Shown: in pieces, positions 31,090 to 41,131 of the stretch
Numbering within the stretch: the first letter of the stretch is position 1
How the letters are laid out: every line of letters begins with the position of its first letter
Assembly: GCA_040771805.1 (NCBI GenBank)
Contig: JAXGZJ010000001.1
Span: 1,295,961 to 1,359,960, forward strand
Source of the DNA: Methanofastidiosum sp.
Lineage (GTDB): Archaea > Methanobacteriota_B > Thermococci > Methanofastidiosales > Methanofastidiosaceae
Direction of reading: 5' to 3'
DNA length: 64,000 nt
Position numbers and translations under genes: made by a program
Notes under the pieces: model-generated
The model's input: the letters and a program-made list of their open reading frames with translations, nothing else
What the model was told of the DNA's origin: nothing
Databases searched by the model: none

Positions 31090-32505
31090 TCACTTGAAAT
31101 ATTTTTTGACTTCTTCTACAACTATTCCGCCCAATGCAACTAAAGCTATCAAATTAGGTATTGCCATAAGTCCATTGAACATATCAGATATATTCCACAC
31201 TATATCTACATATGTAACAGATCCAAAAAAGACTGTAAACAAGAAGACTACTTTATATAAAAATTTATTTCTAATTCCAAATAGGTACTCAAAACATTTT
31301 TCTCCATAGTAGGACCATCCCAATATTGTTGAATATCCAAAAAGGGCGGTACACAATACTATAACTACCGTTCCGATCATCCCTAAAGTTTGAGTAAATG
31401 CAGCACTTGTTAAAGCTGACGAAGTCAAATCACCGCTCCAAATGTCAAGATTACTCTCAAGTATTACAAATCCAGTCATTGAACAGATAATTATTGTATC
31501 AATAAATACTTCGACTATGGCCAATGTTCCTTGTCTTACTGGATGAGGCGTCTTTGCTGCAGAGTGTGCTATTGGTGCGCTACCCAGTCCCGCTTCATTT
31601 GAGAAAATTCCTCTCGCAATCCCAAATCTAACTGCCTTTGACACGGCAAAACCTGCTACTCCTCCAACAAATGCTGTTGATGAAAAAGCATATCCTACGA
31701 CAGATGCAAATACATAAGGAATCCTATCATAGCGAATTAATATAATTGTAATTGCTGCTAGAATGTATAATATACACATAAAAGGTACAAGGAAAGATGT
31801 AACCTCTCCTATTCGCTTGATTCCACCAAAAATAACAAGCGCTGTGATAATTACCAGTAGTACTCCTATGATTGCTGAAGCTGTGAATACTTCTCCAAAA
31901 ACAGGCAAAGTAGTTGCACTTCCTTTGCCAATGTTTGATATTAGTACCAATACAACAGAATTGGCTTGTGCCATGCTACCAATTCCAAAAGAAGCAATGA
32001 CACCGAAAACAGAAAAAAGTATTGCTAAAATTTTTGCATCAATATTATATTTTTCTTTAAATCCTCTTTGAATGTAATACATTGGCCCGCCTGAAAATTC
32101 TCCTTTTGGATTTTTTTCTCTATATTTTACTCCTAAAACAACTTCAGAAAATTTAGTGGCCATACCGACTATTGAAGTAATCCACATCCAAAAAAGTGCT
32201 CCAGGGCCCCCCATTACAATAGCTGTGGCTACTCCTGCAATGTTTCCGGTACCTACTGTAGCCGAAAGGGCCGTAGTTAGCGCATGGAATGAAGGTATGT
32301 CCCCTTGGAGATCTTCTTTCTTAAAAACACATTCTAACAAATTTTTAATCGATAGTACTAGTCTTCTGAACTGAATGCCCCTTAGTATAATAGTTAAATA
32401 TAAACCAGTTCCAACAAGTAATAGTATCATTATAGGTCCCCAGATAATAGAATCTAAAGTTCCTACTATATTTGAAAAAAATTCTAAAATATCCATGTCA
32501 ATCAT
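31090..32505 (-). CDS. alanine/glycine:cation symporter (AGCS)
   Basis: ATVGTGNIAGVA, GGPGALFWMW, GGPMYYI, FSNEAGLGSA; the track ORF runs into the tRNA, so the true start is about 32505 or 32496. Confidence 0.93.
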   Translation of the reverse strand: MIDMDILEFFSNIVGTLDSIIWGPIMILLLVGTGLYLTIILRGIQFRRLVLSIKNLLECVFKKEDLQGDIPSFHALTTALSATVGTGNIAGVATAIVMGGPGALFWMWITSIVGMATKFSEVVLGVKYREKNPKGEFSGGPMYYIQRGFKEKYNIDAKILAILFSVFGVIASFGIGSMAQANSVVLVLISNIGKGSATTLPVFGEVFTASAIIGVLLVIITALVIFGGIKRIGEVTSFLVPFMCILYILAAITIILIRYDRIPYVFASVVGYAFSSTAFVGGVAGFAVSKAVRFGIARGIFSNEAGLGSAPIAHSAAKTPHPVRQGTLAIVEVFIDTIIICSMTGFVILESNLDIWSGDLTSSALTSAAFTQTLGMIGTVVIVLCTALFGYSTILGWSYYGEKCFEYLFGIRNKFLYKVVFLFTVFFGSVTYVDIVWNISDMFNGLMAIPNLIALVALGGIVVEEVKKYFK

Positions 32506-32548
32506 AAAGTATGTATACAGTTCATTTAAAAAATTATCTAAAAATAAG

Positions 32549-32622
32549 TGGGCCCACTGAGATTCGAACTCAGGATCTCCGCCGTGTAAAGGCGACGTCA
32601 TAACCAGCTAGACCATGGGCCC
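32549..32622 (-). tRNA. tRNA-Val(TAC)
   Basis: GGGCCCA acceptor stem, anticodon loop TTTACAC, GTTCGAATC T-loop, CCA not encoded; TTTATATA box about 24 nt upstream. Confidence 0.95.
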
Positions 32623-32655
32623 GCTAGTTATCGTATTAAAGTTAATATATAAATC

Positions 32656-33108
32656 TTATGATTTTTTTCCAGTCATTGATTCAATATCTATTCGGAGAAT
32701 GCATGTTTGCTCTATTTGTTGAATTGAATAGTCATAAGTGTCCCCAAGATAATGAGATATTATTATATTCATGCATTTTCTTTTTTCTTCTAAATTAGAA
32801 ACAAAATATGCTCTGCCAAATCCGACAACACTTTTATATCTCATAGAATAACTACAAATATTTTTAGATTTGACAAGTTCCACATCTACGTCAGCTTCAA
32901 AAGAAACATAATTATTCTTCTTTAAAATATCTATTTTTTTCCCTATTTTAGAAGTATGTAAATAGATGTTATTATTTCTGTAACCAAAATTTAATGGAAT
33001 GACGTAAGGTATATTGTTTTCACACAAAGCAATCCTTATAATTCTTGCCTTATTTAGGATATCTTCAATTTCGTGAATATTTTTAATCTCTTTTTCGGCC
33101 CTTTCCAT
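32656..33108 (-). CDS. pyridoxamine 5'-phosphate oxidase / NimA-like flavin-binding protein
   Basis: PYVIPLNF, YLH...GKK, YKSVVGFG, MTGK. Confidence 0.88.
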   Translation of the reverse strand: MERAEKEIKNIHEIEDILNKARIIRIALCENNIPYVIPLNFGYRNNNIYLHTSKIGKKIDILKKNNYVSFEADVDVELVKSKNICSYSMRYKSVVGFGRAYFVSNLEEKRKCMNIIISHYLGDTYDYSIQQIEQTCILRIDIESMTGKKS

Positions 33109-33260
33109 AGAATAATTACTAAAAGCTTCTATTTATGACTTTCGTTAATTTTAACAATCATAAAAACTACATTATAATGTCCAATTAAAATAATGGGGCC
33201 TCTTTGATATAAGTAGCATATTTGACAAGATTTATATAGAAGGGGCAAGAGTAGGCCACA

Positions 33261-34499
33261 ATGATTTCTATATTGATACTCTTAAGCGTATTCATATTAG
33301 TTGCCATTAGACAAGTAGGAAAACTTAAATTAGAGATATGGCATTCCATGACTTTTGGAGCAATAGCCTGTCTATTGACAGGCCAGATAACACCTATTGA
33401 TGCCCTTAAATCAGTTAATCTAGACATAATTCTTTTTTTATTTGGAATGTTTGTGATAGGTGTTGGTCTTGAAGAAAGTGGCTATCTTTCACATATTTCT
33501 TTTAATATTTTCAAAAATGCAAAAAACTATAATGAGTTGATGTTTTTAATACTATTTGTTGTAGGATTTTCCTCTGCTTTTTTGATGAATGATACCCTTG
33601 CTATTATAGGAACTCCCGTAGCACTTCATCTAAGTAAAAAGCACAATACTTCGCCAAAACTTTTACTTCTAGCATTGGCTTTTGCAGTTACTATCGGAAG
33701 TGTAATGAGTCCAATAGGAAATCCTCAAAATCTTTTAATAGCTCTGGAAGGAAATATAAAAAATCCATTTGTCATATTTTTTAAGTTTCTTTTAATTCCA
33801 ACAATTATTAATCTAATAATTACCTTTTTTATCTTAAAATATTTCTATAAAGATAATTTTCAACTTAACTCTCTTAACCACTCCTATGAACCTATAAAAA
33901 ATAAGGAACTTGTAAAATTATCTAAAATTTCTCTTATTCTTATATTTATTTTGATATCTCTAAAGATAGCAATAGTTTTTTTTGAAATTAATTTTGATTT
34001 TAAGTTAACCTATATATCATTAGTCTCTTCATCACCTTTGTTAATTCTGTCTAAAAATAAAAGGAGGATTCTAAAAAATGTGGATTGGAAAACTTTGATA
34101 TTTTTTATTTCTATGTTTATTTTAATGCAAAGTGTATGGAATAGTGGATTTATTCAAAAGCTAATCATTAATATGAATGTTAATATAACTAACTTATTAA
34201 TGATATTTATTGTGAGTATAGTACTAAGCCAGTTCATTTCAAATGTCCCTCTCGTTGCACTTTACTTGCCCATGTTACTTGAAGCTGGCGCATCTTCAAA
34301 AGAGATCATAGCACTTGCTGCAAGTAGCACAATTGCAGGAAATTTATTCATTTTGGGGGCTGCAAGTACAGTCATTATAGTTCAAAATGCTGAAAAAAGG
34401 TCAAATGAAACTATCACATTTTTAGAGTTTGCAAGAGTGGGAATTCCATTAACAATTCTCAATGCAGCCGTATATTATGTATATCTATCATTTTTCTGA
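33261..34499 (+). CDS. SLC13/ArsB-NhaD family anion permease
   Basis: SAFLMNDT, SPIGNPQN, VDW, QFISNVP, AGNLFILGAAS. Confidence 0.9.
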   Translation: MISILILLSVFILVAIRQVGKLKLEIWHSMTFGAIACLLTGQITPIDALKSVNLDIILFLFGMFVIGVGLEESGYLSHISFNIFKNAKNYNELMFLILFVVGFSSAFLMNDTLAIIGTPVALHLSKKHNTSPKLLLLALAFAVTIGSVMSPIGNPQNLLIALEGNIKNPFVIFFKFLLIPTIINLIITFFILKYFYKDNFQLNSLNHSYEPIKNKELVKLSKISLILIFILISLKIAIVFFEINFDFKLTYISLVSSSPLLILSKNKRRILKNVDWKTLIFFISMFILMQSVWNSGFIQKLIINMNVNITNLLMIFIVSIVLSQFISNVPLVALYLPMLLEAGASSKEIIALAASSTIAGNLFILGAASTVIIVQNAEKRSNETITFLEFARVGIPLTILNAAVYYVYLSFF

Positions 34500-34988
34500 C
34501 GTACATTTTACTATTCCACGTTTATGGAAGTATTTTTGGTGATATTCTTCTGCCCTATAAAATATATTTTTGGGTAGTATTTCTGTAACTATTTTACTAC
34601 GCAATTTACCAGATTTTTCAAGTTTCTCCATGTATTTCAAAGCTTTACTTTTTTGTTCATTGTTGTGATAAAACACAATAGACCTATATTGGCTTCCTAT
34701 ATCTAAACCCTGTCTATTCAGGGTAGTTGGATCATGAATACTCCAAAATATTTCCAGTAAGGCATCATAAGAAACTATATTTGGATCAAATTCTATTAGG
34801 ACAGACTCTGCATGTCCTGTTACATCCTTACATACTTCTTCATAAGTGGGATTTATTGTATAACCACCGGAATATCCGACCTGTGTAGAAATGACGCCCT
34901 TAATCTGGCAAAATTCAGATTCTACTTTCCAAAAACATCCAGCAGCAAACGTCGCTTTTTCAATTTCCAGCATAATTGTAACAATCAT
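34488..34988 (-). CDS. msrA: peptide methionine sulfoxide reductase A
   Basis: FAAGCFW, GYSGG, HAE, HDPTTLNRQG, QYRS, AEEYHQKY. Confidence 0.95.
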   Translation of the reverse strand: MIVTIMLEIEKATFAAGCFWKVESEFCQIKGVISTQVGYSGGYTINPTYEEVCKDVTGHAESVLIEFDPNIVSYDALLEIFWSIHDPTTLNRQGLDIGSQYRSIVFYHNNEQKSKALKYMEKLEKSGKLRSKIVTEILPKNIFYRAEEYHQKYFHKRGIVKCTSEK

Positions 34989-35074
34989 TACAGTTATTTA
35001 ACTATAGTTCTTATAGGTAAGAATCAAAAATAATACTGAATACATATTTAAAAGAAAAATAGAAATAAAAAGTT

Positions 35075-35653
35075 TTAGTACTCTTCACACAGTCTTTCAA
35101 AGTATGCGGTTTCATGATCACAAGAGGGGCAAATCTCTGGTGGTTCATTGCCTTCATGTATGTATCCACATTTTCTGCATACCCATAATACTTTTTCTTT
35201 CTTTTTGAAAAATGTTCCTTCTTGTAGCTCTTTTAGCAGTTTAATATATCTACTTTCATGGTGCTTTTCTGCTATTGCAATCGCCCTAAGTCTCTTTGCA
35301 ATATCCTTGAATCCTTCCTTTTCTGCAATATCTGCAAATTCAGGATACATATGTGTATATTCGTAATTTTCACCTTCAATGGCTCCTTTTATGTTTTCAA
35401 TAGTGTTTCCAAGAACTAATGGTGCTTCCGATTCAACTATTATTTTTGTAGGATTTCCATCTTCTTTTATGGCATTTATCATTCTAAAGAGCCATTTTGC
35501 ATGTTCTCTTTCATTTTCTGCTGTTAGTAAAAAAAGCTCAGAAATCTGTTCATATCCTTCTTTCAAAGCAATCTTTGCATAGATAGTATATCTATTCCTT
35601 GCCATGCTTTCTCCAATGAAAGCTTTAGTCAAATTTTCTATTGTTTTAGTCAT
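35075..35653 (-). CDS. rbr: rubrerythrin
   Basis: AFIGES, ENEREH, EKHHE diiron motifs; CRKCG...CPSC rubredoxin domain. Confidence 0.95.
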   Translation of the reverse strand: MTKTIENLTKAFIGESMARNRYTIYAKIALKEGYEQISELFLLTAENEREHAKWLFRMINAIKEDGNPTKIIVESEAPLVLGNTIENIKGAIEGENYEYTHMYPEFADIAEKEGFKDIAKRLRAIAIAEKHHESRYIKLLKELQEGTFFKKKEKVLWVCRKCGYIHEGNEPPEICPSCDHETAYFERLCEEY

Positions 35654-35847
35654 TATATCCCCAATTAATATTTAATAGAAACACTATTAAATATTTCTAT
35701 TGTTTTTCCATTAACAATTAGACACTTATTACTAGATTTTTGATAGATCCAATTAATATGATTTTAAGAATCGCCATTTCAATTATTTGTTTTTATATTA
35801 GAGAAGTTATTTAAATTTAAACTATAAAAAAGATTAAGGTGTATTTA

Positions 35848-37032
35848 ATGATGCCTCTTGACGGAATTAAAGTAATTGACTTTACGGGAGCTTTATCTGG
35901 GCCTTACTGTAGCATGCTTTTAGGGGATATGGGTGCTGAAGTAATAAAAATTGAGAGGCCAAATAGAGGAGATGATTCTAGAAGCTGGGGCCCTCCATTT
36001 ATACGTGATAATTTAAGTACTTATTTTGTAAGTATTAATAGAAACAAAAAAAGTATTAGTTTGAATTTAAAAGAACCTGAAGCAATAGAAATCGTAAAGA
36101 AATTAATAAAGGATGCAGATGTTTTATTAGAAAACTTTAGACCCGGGGTTATGGAGAAGCTCGGTCTTGGATATGAAGAAATGAAAAAAATTAACGAAAA
36201 ATTGATATATTGTTCTATTTCTGGATTTGGTCAGAATGGCCCTTATAAATTCAAAACTAGTTATGATCTTATATTACAAGGCATGGGGGGGCTTATGAGT
36301 GAGACAGGCGAAACAAACGGCGGCCCAGTTAAAATCGGTATTGCGGTAACAGATATTTCTGCAGGAATGTTTGCATGTTATGGAATTCTTAGTGCCATAA
36401 TTGCAAGATGTAAAACAGGAACAGGACAGTTTATTGATATTTCTATGCTAGATTGTCAAGTTTCGTGGCAGACCTATTTTGCAACAGGATATCTTTTTTC
36501 TGGAATAATTCCATCAAAAACAGGAAGCGCACACTCTCTTATTTGTCCCTATCAGTCTTTTAAAACTAAAGATATTTTCATTAACATTGCTGTTGGAAAT
36601 GAAGAAACATGGAAAAAATTTTGTGAAGTATTAGAAATAGATATCGCTGAAGATGAAAAATACTTCGATAATGGAAAAAGACTAGAGAATAAAGATCAGC
36701 TTGTAAAAATAATAGAAAATAAACTTTCAAAGAAATCAGGAGAGGAGTGGTTACATCTTCTTGAAAAATCTGGAGTTCCTTCTGGTCCAATTTATACAAT
36801 CGACAGATTATTAAATGACTCACAGGTTTTACATAGAAAAATGATTGAAGAAGTTACTAATCCCTTATATGGAACTATTAAAATTCCAGGATTGCCAGTT
36901 AAATTATCTAATACAAAAAGCATGATAAAGCTGCCTCCTCCCGTATTAGGGGAACACACTGATGAGATACTAAAAAAACTGGGATATACAGAGGAACAAA
37001 TAGAATCCTTTAGAATAAGAAAACTCATCTAA
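35848..37032 (+). CDS. CaiB/BaiF family (class III) CoA transferase
   Basis: PLDGIKVID, GAEVIKIE, NRNKKSI, ENFRPG, catalytic Asp in VTDISAG, LGEHT. Confidence 0.93.
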   Translation: MMPLDGIKVIDFTGALSGPYCSMLLGDMGAEVIKIERPNRGDDSRSWGPPFIRDNLSTYFVSINRNKKSISLNLKEPEAIEIVKKLIKDADVLLENFRPGVMEKLGLGYEEMKKINEKLIYCSISGFGQNGPYKFKTSYDLILQGMGGLMSETGETNGGPVKIGIAVTDISAGMFACYGILSAIIARCKTGTGQFIDISMLDCQVSWQTYFATGYLFSGIIPSKTGSAHSLICPYQSFKTKDIFINIAVGNEETWKKFCEVLEIDIAEDEKYFDNGKRLENKDQLVKIIENKLSKKSGEEWLHLLEKSGVPSGPIYTIDRLLNDSQVLHRKMIEEVTNPLYGTIKIPGLPVKLSNTKSMIKLPPPVLGEHTDEILKKLGYTEEQIESFRIRKLI

Positions 37033-38036
37033 CATACTCTTGGAACAGGATCTGCAACAGGAGCCTCTAAAATTCTTTTTCCTCCTATTGCTGTTTCAAG
37101 TAATACTTTTTCCCCTTTTTTTACTTCACCTATAATAGTGGCATTCTTGCCAAGTCTATCTTTTCTTAAGATATCAATAATTGAATCTGCGTCTTCTTGA
37201 CTAACAGAAATCAATACTTTACCTTCACATGCAATCTCCATAAAGTTTAATCCCAGTATATCACATATAGCTGCCACTTCGTCCCTCACTGGAATTTTTT
37301 CCTCTTTAATCTCTATTTTAACATGAGATTTTTTTGAAAATTCATTTAAAGCGTTAGCAATACCTCCTCTTGTGGGGTCTTTCATTGCATGAATTTGAAA
37401 TGGAAGAATCTTTTCTATCATTTTGTTTAGAGGGGCGACATCAGATTTTATATTTGATAAAAAAGGGATATCCTCCCTAATAGAAAGCATTGCTGCCCCA
37501 TGATCACCTACGGTACCAGAAACTATAATTACGTCTCCTACTTTAAGATTTTGATCAGAATGAAGATTTTTTGTGAATCCAACACCAGATGTGTTTATGA
37601 AGAGATCATTTCCTGCAACTTTTGTATCCCCTGTAATCAAAGGAACGCCTGCCTCCTTTAATGTATCGTCCATAGATTTTATAATTTTTTTAAATTTATC
37701 TGTAGGAAATCCTTCTGGAAGTATTACTCCAGACGAGATTGCAAGAGGTTTTGCACCCATGACTGCAACATCATTTATAGTTCCAGACACAGAAAGTCTA
37801 CCGATATCCCCGCCTGGAAAAAAAAGAGGGGTCACAGTATGTGAATCTGTTGTAAAAACAATATGTCCGTTGCAAAAAGGTATTGTTCCAGAGTCATCCA
37901 TATCCGATATGCCTAATCCGCCCATAATTTTGTTAAGAGAGAAGCCATTTACGTATAGAGACTTAATTAGTGTCTCCATCATTTCGCCTCCCCCGCCATG
38001 CTCAGATTTGATGATATCTGAATTAAATTCTCCCAT
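37029..38036 (-). CDS. hypE: hydrogenase maturation protein HypE
   Basis: HGGGG, TTDSH, GDIG, GDTKV, DPTRGG, C-terminal PRVC. Confidence 0.96.
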   Translation of the reverse strand: MGEFNSDIIKSEHGGGGEMMETLIKSLYVNGFSLNKIMGGLGISDMDDSGTIPFCNGHIVFTTDSHTVTPLFFPGGDIGRLSVSGTINDVAVMGAKPLAISSGVILPEGFPTDKFKKIIKSMDDTLKEAGVPLITGDTKVAGNDLFINTSGVGFTKNLHSDQNLKVGDVIIVSGTVGDHGAAMLSIREDIPFLSNIKSDVAPLNKMIEKILPFQIHAMKDPTRGGIANALNEFSKKSHVKIEIKEEKIPVRDEVAAICDILGLNFMEIACEGKVLISVSQEDADSIIDILRKDRLGKNATIIGEVKKGEKVLLETAIGGKRILEAPVADPVPRVC

Positions 38037-38106
38037 ATGTGATTAGAAATATAGGAAAACTTTATAAACATTATCAAATCTTTAGGCCATATATAATGGT
38101 GATTAT

Positions 38107-38481
38107 ATGTCAATTTGGCAATCTAGATCAAAAAGAAAACCAACAGGTGGACGACTTACACGTTCAAGAAAAAAACTGAAGAGAGAGTTAGGCAGGGAAT
38201 CTACATTTACAGTAATTGGAGAAGTCAGCAAAAAAAAGGTAAGATGTTTCGGGGGAACCGAAATAATTGAGCTCATGAGGGCTGATTATTCTAATCTTTT
38301 AACTAAAGAGGGGTACAAAAAAGCTAAAATAACAGGTGTCGCAGAAAATCCGGCAAACAGACATTTTGTAAGAAGAAGTATAATTACAAAAGGTGCAATA
38401 ATTACTACTGAGTTTGGTAAGGCAAGGGTCACCTCAAGACCCGGGCAAGATGGCGTAATTAACGCTGTTTTAATCGAATAA
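38107..38481 (+). CDS. rps8e: 30S ribosomal protein S8e
   Basis: RSKRKPTGG, RELGR, ITKGAII, VTSRPGQDG. Confidence 0.97.
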   Translation: MSIWQSRSKRKPTGGRLTRSRKKLKRELGRESTFTVIGEVSKKKVRCFGGTEIIELMRADYSNLLTKEGYKKAKITGVAENPANRHFVRRSIITKGAIITTEFGKARVTSRPGQDGVINAVLIE

Positions 38482-38591
38482 TTTCTTTTTAGGCTAATAT
38501 AACGTCTTTTTTAGAGAAAAGTTTAAATAAGATTCTTTATTAGTAATTTTAACTTTATTTTGCCTTTTTTGGCAATCAAGGAGGTATAATT

Positions 38592-38813
38592 ATGAGAGAG
38601 CCAGAAGAACTCCCCCTTGCACCTCTTGAGAGGCTGTTAAGGAAAGAGGGGGCTGAAAGAGTATCGGAAGATGCATGCAAAGTATTGGGCGTAGCTCTTG
38701 AAGATTATTCAAGAATAATCGCAAGAAAAGCTAAAGACTATTCTGCTCATGCTAAAAGAAAAACAATAAAGGCAGAAGATATCGAACTAGCCTTAAGAGA
38801 CCTAAATATTTAA
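38592..38813 (+). CDS. archaeal histone (HMf family)
   Basis: ELPLAPLERL, GAERVSEDA, HAKRKTIKAEDIELA; GGAGGT SD. Confidence 0.95.
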   Translation: MREPEELPLAPLERLLRKEGAERVSEDACKVLGVALEDYSRIIARKAKDYSAHAKRKTIKAEDIELALRDLNI

Positions 38814-38888
38814 TTTTTTCTTATGCAAGTGAAAATTAAATATTTGGTAGTTTTTTCAATTTAATAGTTTCTCCGATTGGTGAAGCAA

Positions 38889-39056
38889 ATGCAAAAGAAA
38901 ATTAAAAAATGTGCCCATTGTAAGGTAGATTTTAACATAAAAGATAAAAATCGTATAGTGTTAGAATTATGGAAAGATAAAAAGCACCTTACTCGACTTT
39001 ACTTCTGTAGTAAGAACTGTTTTGTATCGTTCTTAAAGGATAAAAAAGTCATATGA
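38889..39056 (+). CDS. 55-aa TRASH/FCS-type zinc-finger protein (not in ORF track)
   Basis: MQKKIKKCAHCKVDF...LYFCSKNCFVSFLKDKKVI; GGTGA SD. Confidence 0.75.
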   Translation: MQKKIKKCAHCKVDFNIKDKNRIVLELWKDKKHLTRLYFCSKNCFVSFLKDKKVI

Positions 39057-39064
39057 GGTTGTAC

Positions 39065-39397
39065 ATGTCTAAGGAAATGTTAAAAAGTTTTAGAAGATCT
39101 TTTCTTGAACAGAAATACAGATTTGATCTTGGCAGACAATTTTTAGTTTACGTAAACTTTGCACTCCTTGTAATTGCTGCGTCTGATAAGATAAAATTAA
39201 TAATTGATTTAAAGACAACTGAACTTTTATTTATACTCGTTCCTTTATCTTTTATAGCAACCTATATATTAGGATACATTTTAGACAAATTCGTTAAGTT
39301 TTCGCAGGCTACTCAAATGGTCGAGGCTAAAAGAAGCCCTTACACTATGATGACCCAAGATAAACTTGACAAAATTATAGAGTTACTCGAGAAATAA
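39065..39397 (+). CDS. two-TM membrane hypothetical protein
   Basis: GAGGT SD before ATG 39065; two hydrophobic helices plus amphipathic C-terminus. Confidence 0.7.
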   Translation: MSKEMLKSFRRSFLEQKYRFDLGRQFLVYVNFALLVIAASDKIKLIIDLKTTELLFILVPLSFIATYILGYILDKFVKFSQATQMVEAKRSPYTMMTQDKLDKIIELLEK

Positions 39398-39451
39398 TGG
39401 GAAAAACTTATATTCAAAAAGCATTATAAACTTATATTATTAGGGGATAAT

Positions 39452-39745
39452 ATGGGTAAAATTGCAGCAACTAGATTAAGAGATAAAATGATTGTAACAG
39501 AACAAGGACATGAAATAGGTACTCTTTTCGATATGGTGATAAATGAGGATACTGGAGAGCTTATAGCTCTTGTTGTTGAACCTACAACTGATGTTATTTT
39601 AGACAATATGATAACAGATAAGGAAAATTTAGTTCTCGTTCCTTTTAGTGCTGTCAGGGCAGTAAAGGACTTTATTATCGTTGATGTTCGAAGAATTCCA
39701 AAGAAGAGTGAAAGAGTAGGAATGTTCGCAAAAGTTCCCGAATAG
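39452..39745 (+). CDS. PRC-barrel protein, CdpB-like (archaeal cell division)
   Basis: L.DK.IVTEQG.EIG.L.D..I...TGEL..LVVEP ... VPFSAVRAVKDFIIV. Confidence 0.85.
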   Translation: MGKIAATRLRDKMIVTEQGHEIGTLFDMVINEDTGELIALVVEPTTDVILDNMITDKENLVLVPFSAVRAVKDFIIVDVRRIPKKSERVGMFAKVPE

Positions 39746-39866
39746 ATTATTTTTTAATTATTTTTTAATTCTACTACTCAATATTTAGCTCTCACTGAGA
39801 GCATATATGGCCTTGAGAGTAAACTATATTAAGGTATCAAAAAATTTGACAAAAGGAGCGACAGTT

Positions 39867-40052
39867 ATGAAAAAGGAAAAAATTAAACTCCAACAAAAAA
39901 GTCAAAATAAATTCAAATCAGAAGGAACAAATATGATCATAGGTATAGGTTTAGGCATAATATTTTACTTAATTTTTGGAAACTACATACTTTCAGCCAT
40001 AACAGCCATAATAGTAGTTACAATTTTAGGTATTGGAAATAAAAACGACTAG
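39867..40052 (+). CDS. small membrane protein
   Basis: AGGAG SD before ATG 39867; two short TM helices. Confidence 0.55.
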   Translation: MKKEKIKLQQKSQNKFKSEGTNMIIGIGLGIIFYLIFGNYILSAITAIIVVTILGIGNKND

Positions 40053-40717
40053 ATTTCATAAAGTTTTCTCTGATTCCACTCATTCTTTATATTATACAAA
40101 GTCTTCCATTCAGTTCTAACAAAATCTGGAAATTTGTTGTTTTGTTTATAGTAATCAGTTAAAAAATTTATAGTTTTTGGATCACTGGGGTATCCACTAC
40201 CAATCGAAACTCCAGCACTTTCCTCTATTTTTTTTATGAGTTCATCTCTTTTTACTTTTGCCAGTATTGAAGCAGCTGCGACAACAGGATATTTGTCTTC
40301 TGCTTTATGGGATGCTACAATTTCACAGGAAGAAAATTCGCTTCCAAGTAATTCCTTTAGATTCTTAGAAAATCTATCAGGATTCACATCACAAGAATCA
40401 CATATGATCTTTTTCATAGGAGTCTTAAGTTCAAGTATAGATTCTTTAAAAGCAAGAAGCTCAATGTAGTTAAGGCTAAATTTCTTCATTTCGTTATTAA
40501 GAAAAGAGGAATTTAATATTTTAAAAAAATATTTTCCTGGAAGATTTATTATCTCTAAATAAATCTTTTCTCTTTTCTTTCGAGAGAGTTTTTTTGAATC
40601 TTTTACTTTAAGATATTCAATTAAGTATAATTTTTCTTCAGGTAGTGAAAAAGAAGCAACTACAAGTGGGCCTATTACTGGCCCCCTGCCAGCTTCATCT
40701 ACTCCACATATCTGCAT
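40049..40717 (-). CDS. rnhB: ribonuclease HII
   Basis: GVDEAGRGPVIGPLV, DSKKL, VAAASILAKV, GSGYPSDP, C-terminal PIP-like QRKLYEI; start ATG 40717. Confidence 0.95.
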   Translation of the reverse strand: MQICGVDEAGRGPVIGPLVVASFSLPEEKLYLIEYLKVKDSKKLSRKKREKIYLEIINLPGKYFFKILNSSFLNNEMKKFSLNYIELLAFKESILELKTPMKKIICDSCDVNPDRFSKNLKELLGSEFSSCEIVASHKAEDKYPVVAAASILAKVKRDELIKKIEESAGVSIGSGYPSDPKTINFLTDYYKQNNKFPDFVRTEWKTLYNIKNEWNQRKLYEI

Positions 40718-40721
40718 TAGA

Positions 40722-41114
40722 CTAAACCTCCGCAGATAATAAAGCATGTCTTACGGCCTTGACACCGGTAAGGCCTTTTAACTCTGTCAAAAATTCTTTA
40801 ATTATTCTGGATTCACCTTTTAAAATAAATATCTCTAAACAGTTTTTTTCATCAAGATGTGTATGCAATGTAGTTTCAATTACATAATCATATTTATGAT
40901 GAATTGTATTCAAAGGGCTTTCTGATTTCTTATTTGATATAACCATACCAGTAACTACTAAACGTCCTTTTTCTGTTTCCCATACCTCAGTAGTTATGTA
41001 GTTTCGCAGCGCTTCTCTAATAATTTCAGATCTAGTTGAGAATCCCTTAATAGGAAGCAATTTATCCAGTTTATCTAACAATTCATCATTTATCGACATG
41101 CTTATAATAGACAT
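40722..41114 (-). CDS. nikR: NikR family ribbon-helix-helix regulator
   Basis: IISMS...RSEIIREA RHH; IHH...HTHLDEKNCLE metal site. Confidence 0.88.
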   Translation of the reverse strand: MSIISMSINDELLDKLDKLLPIKGFSTRSEIIREALRNYITTEVWETEKGRLVVTGMVISNKKSESPLNTIHHKYDYVIETTLHTHLDEKNCLEIFILKGESRIIKEFLTELKGLTGVKAVRHALLSAEV

Positions 41115-41131
41115 CCAATCCCTTCTGATTA

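Noticed and set aside
32506..32601. N-terminal extension of the AGCS transporter ORF (MTSPLHGGDPEFESQWAH...)
   Set aside because: It is simply the translation of the tRNA-Val gene and spacer; the real start is about 32505 or 32496.
32549..32622. tRNA-Val as an integration site
   Set aside because: No duplicated tRNA 3' end, integrase or compositional break was seen nearby.
6879..37032. OFA transporter plus class III CoA transferase as an oxalate-degradation system
   Set aside because: They are about 28 kb apart, no oxalyl-CoA decarboxylase is in view, and both families are broad.
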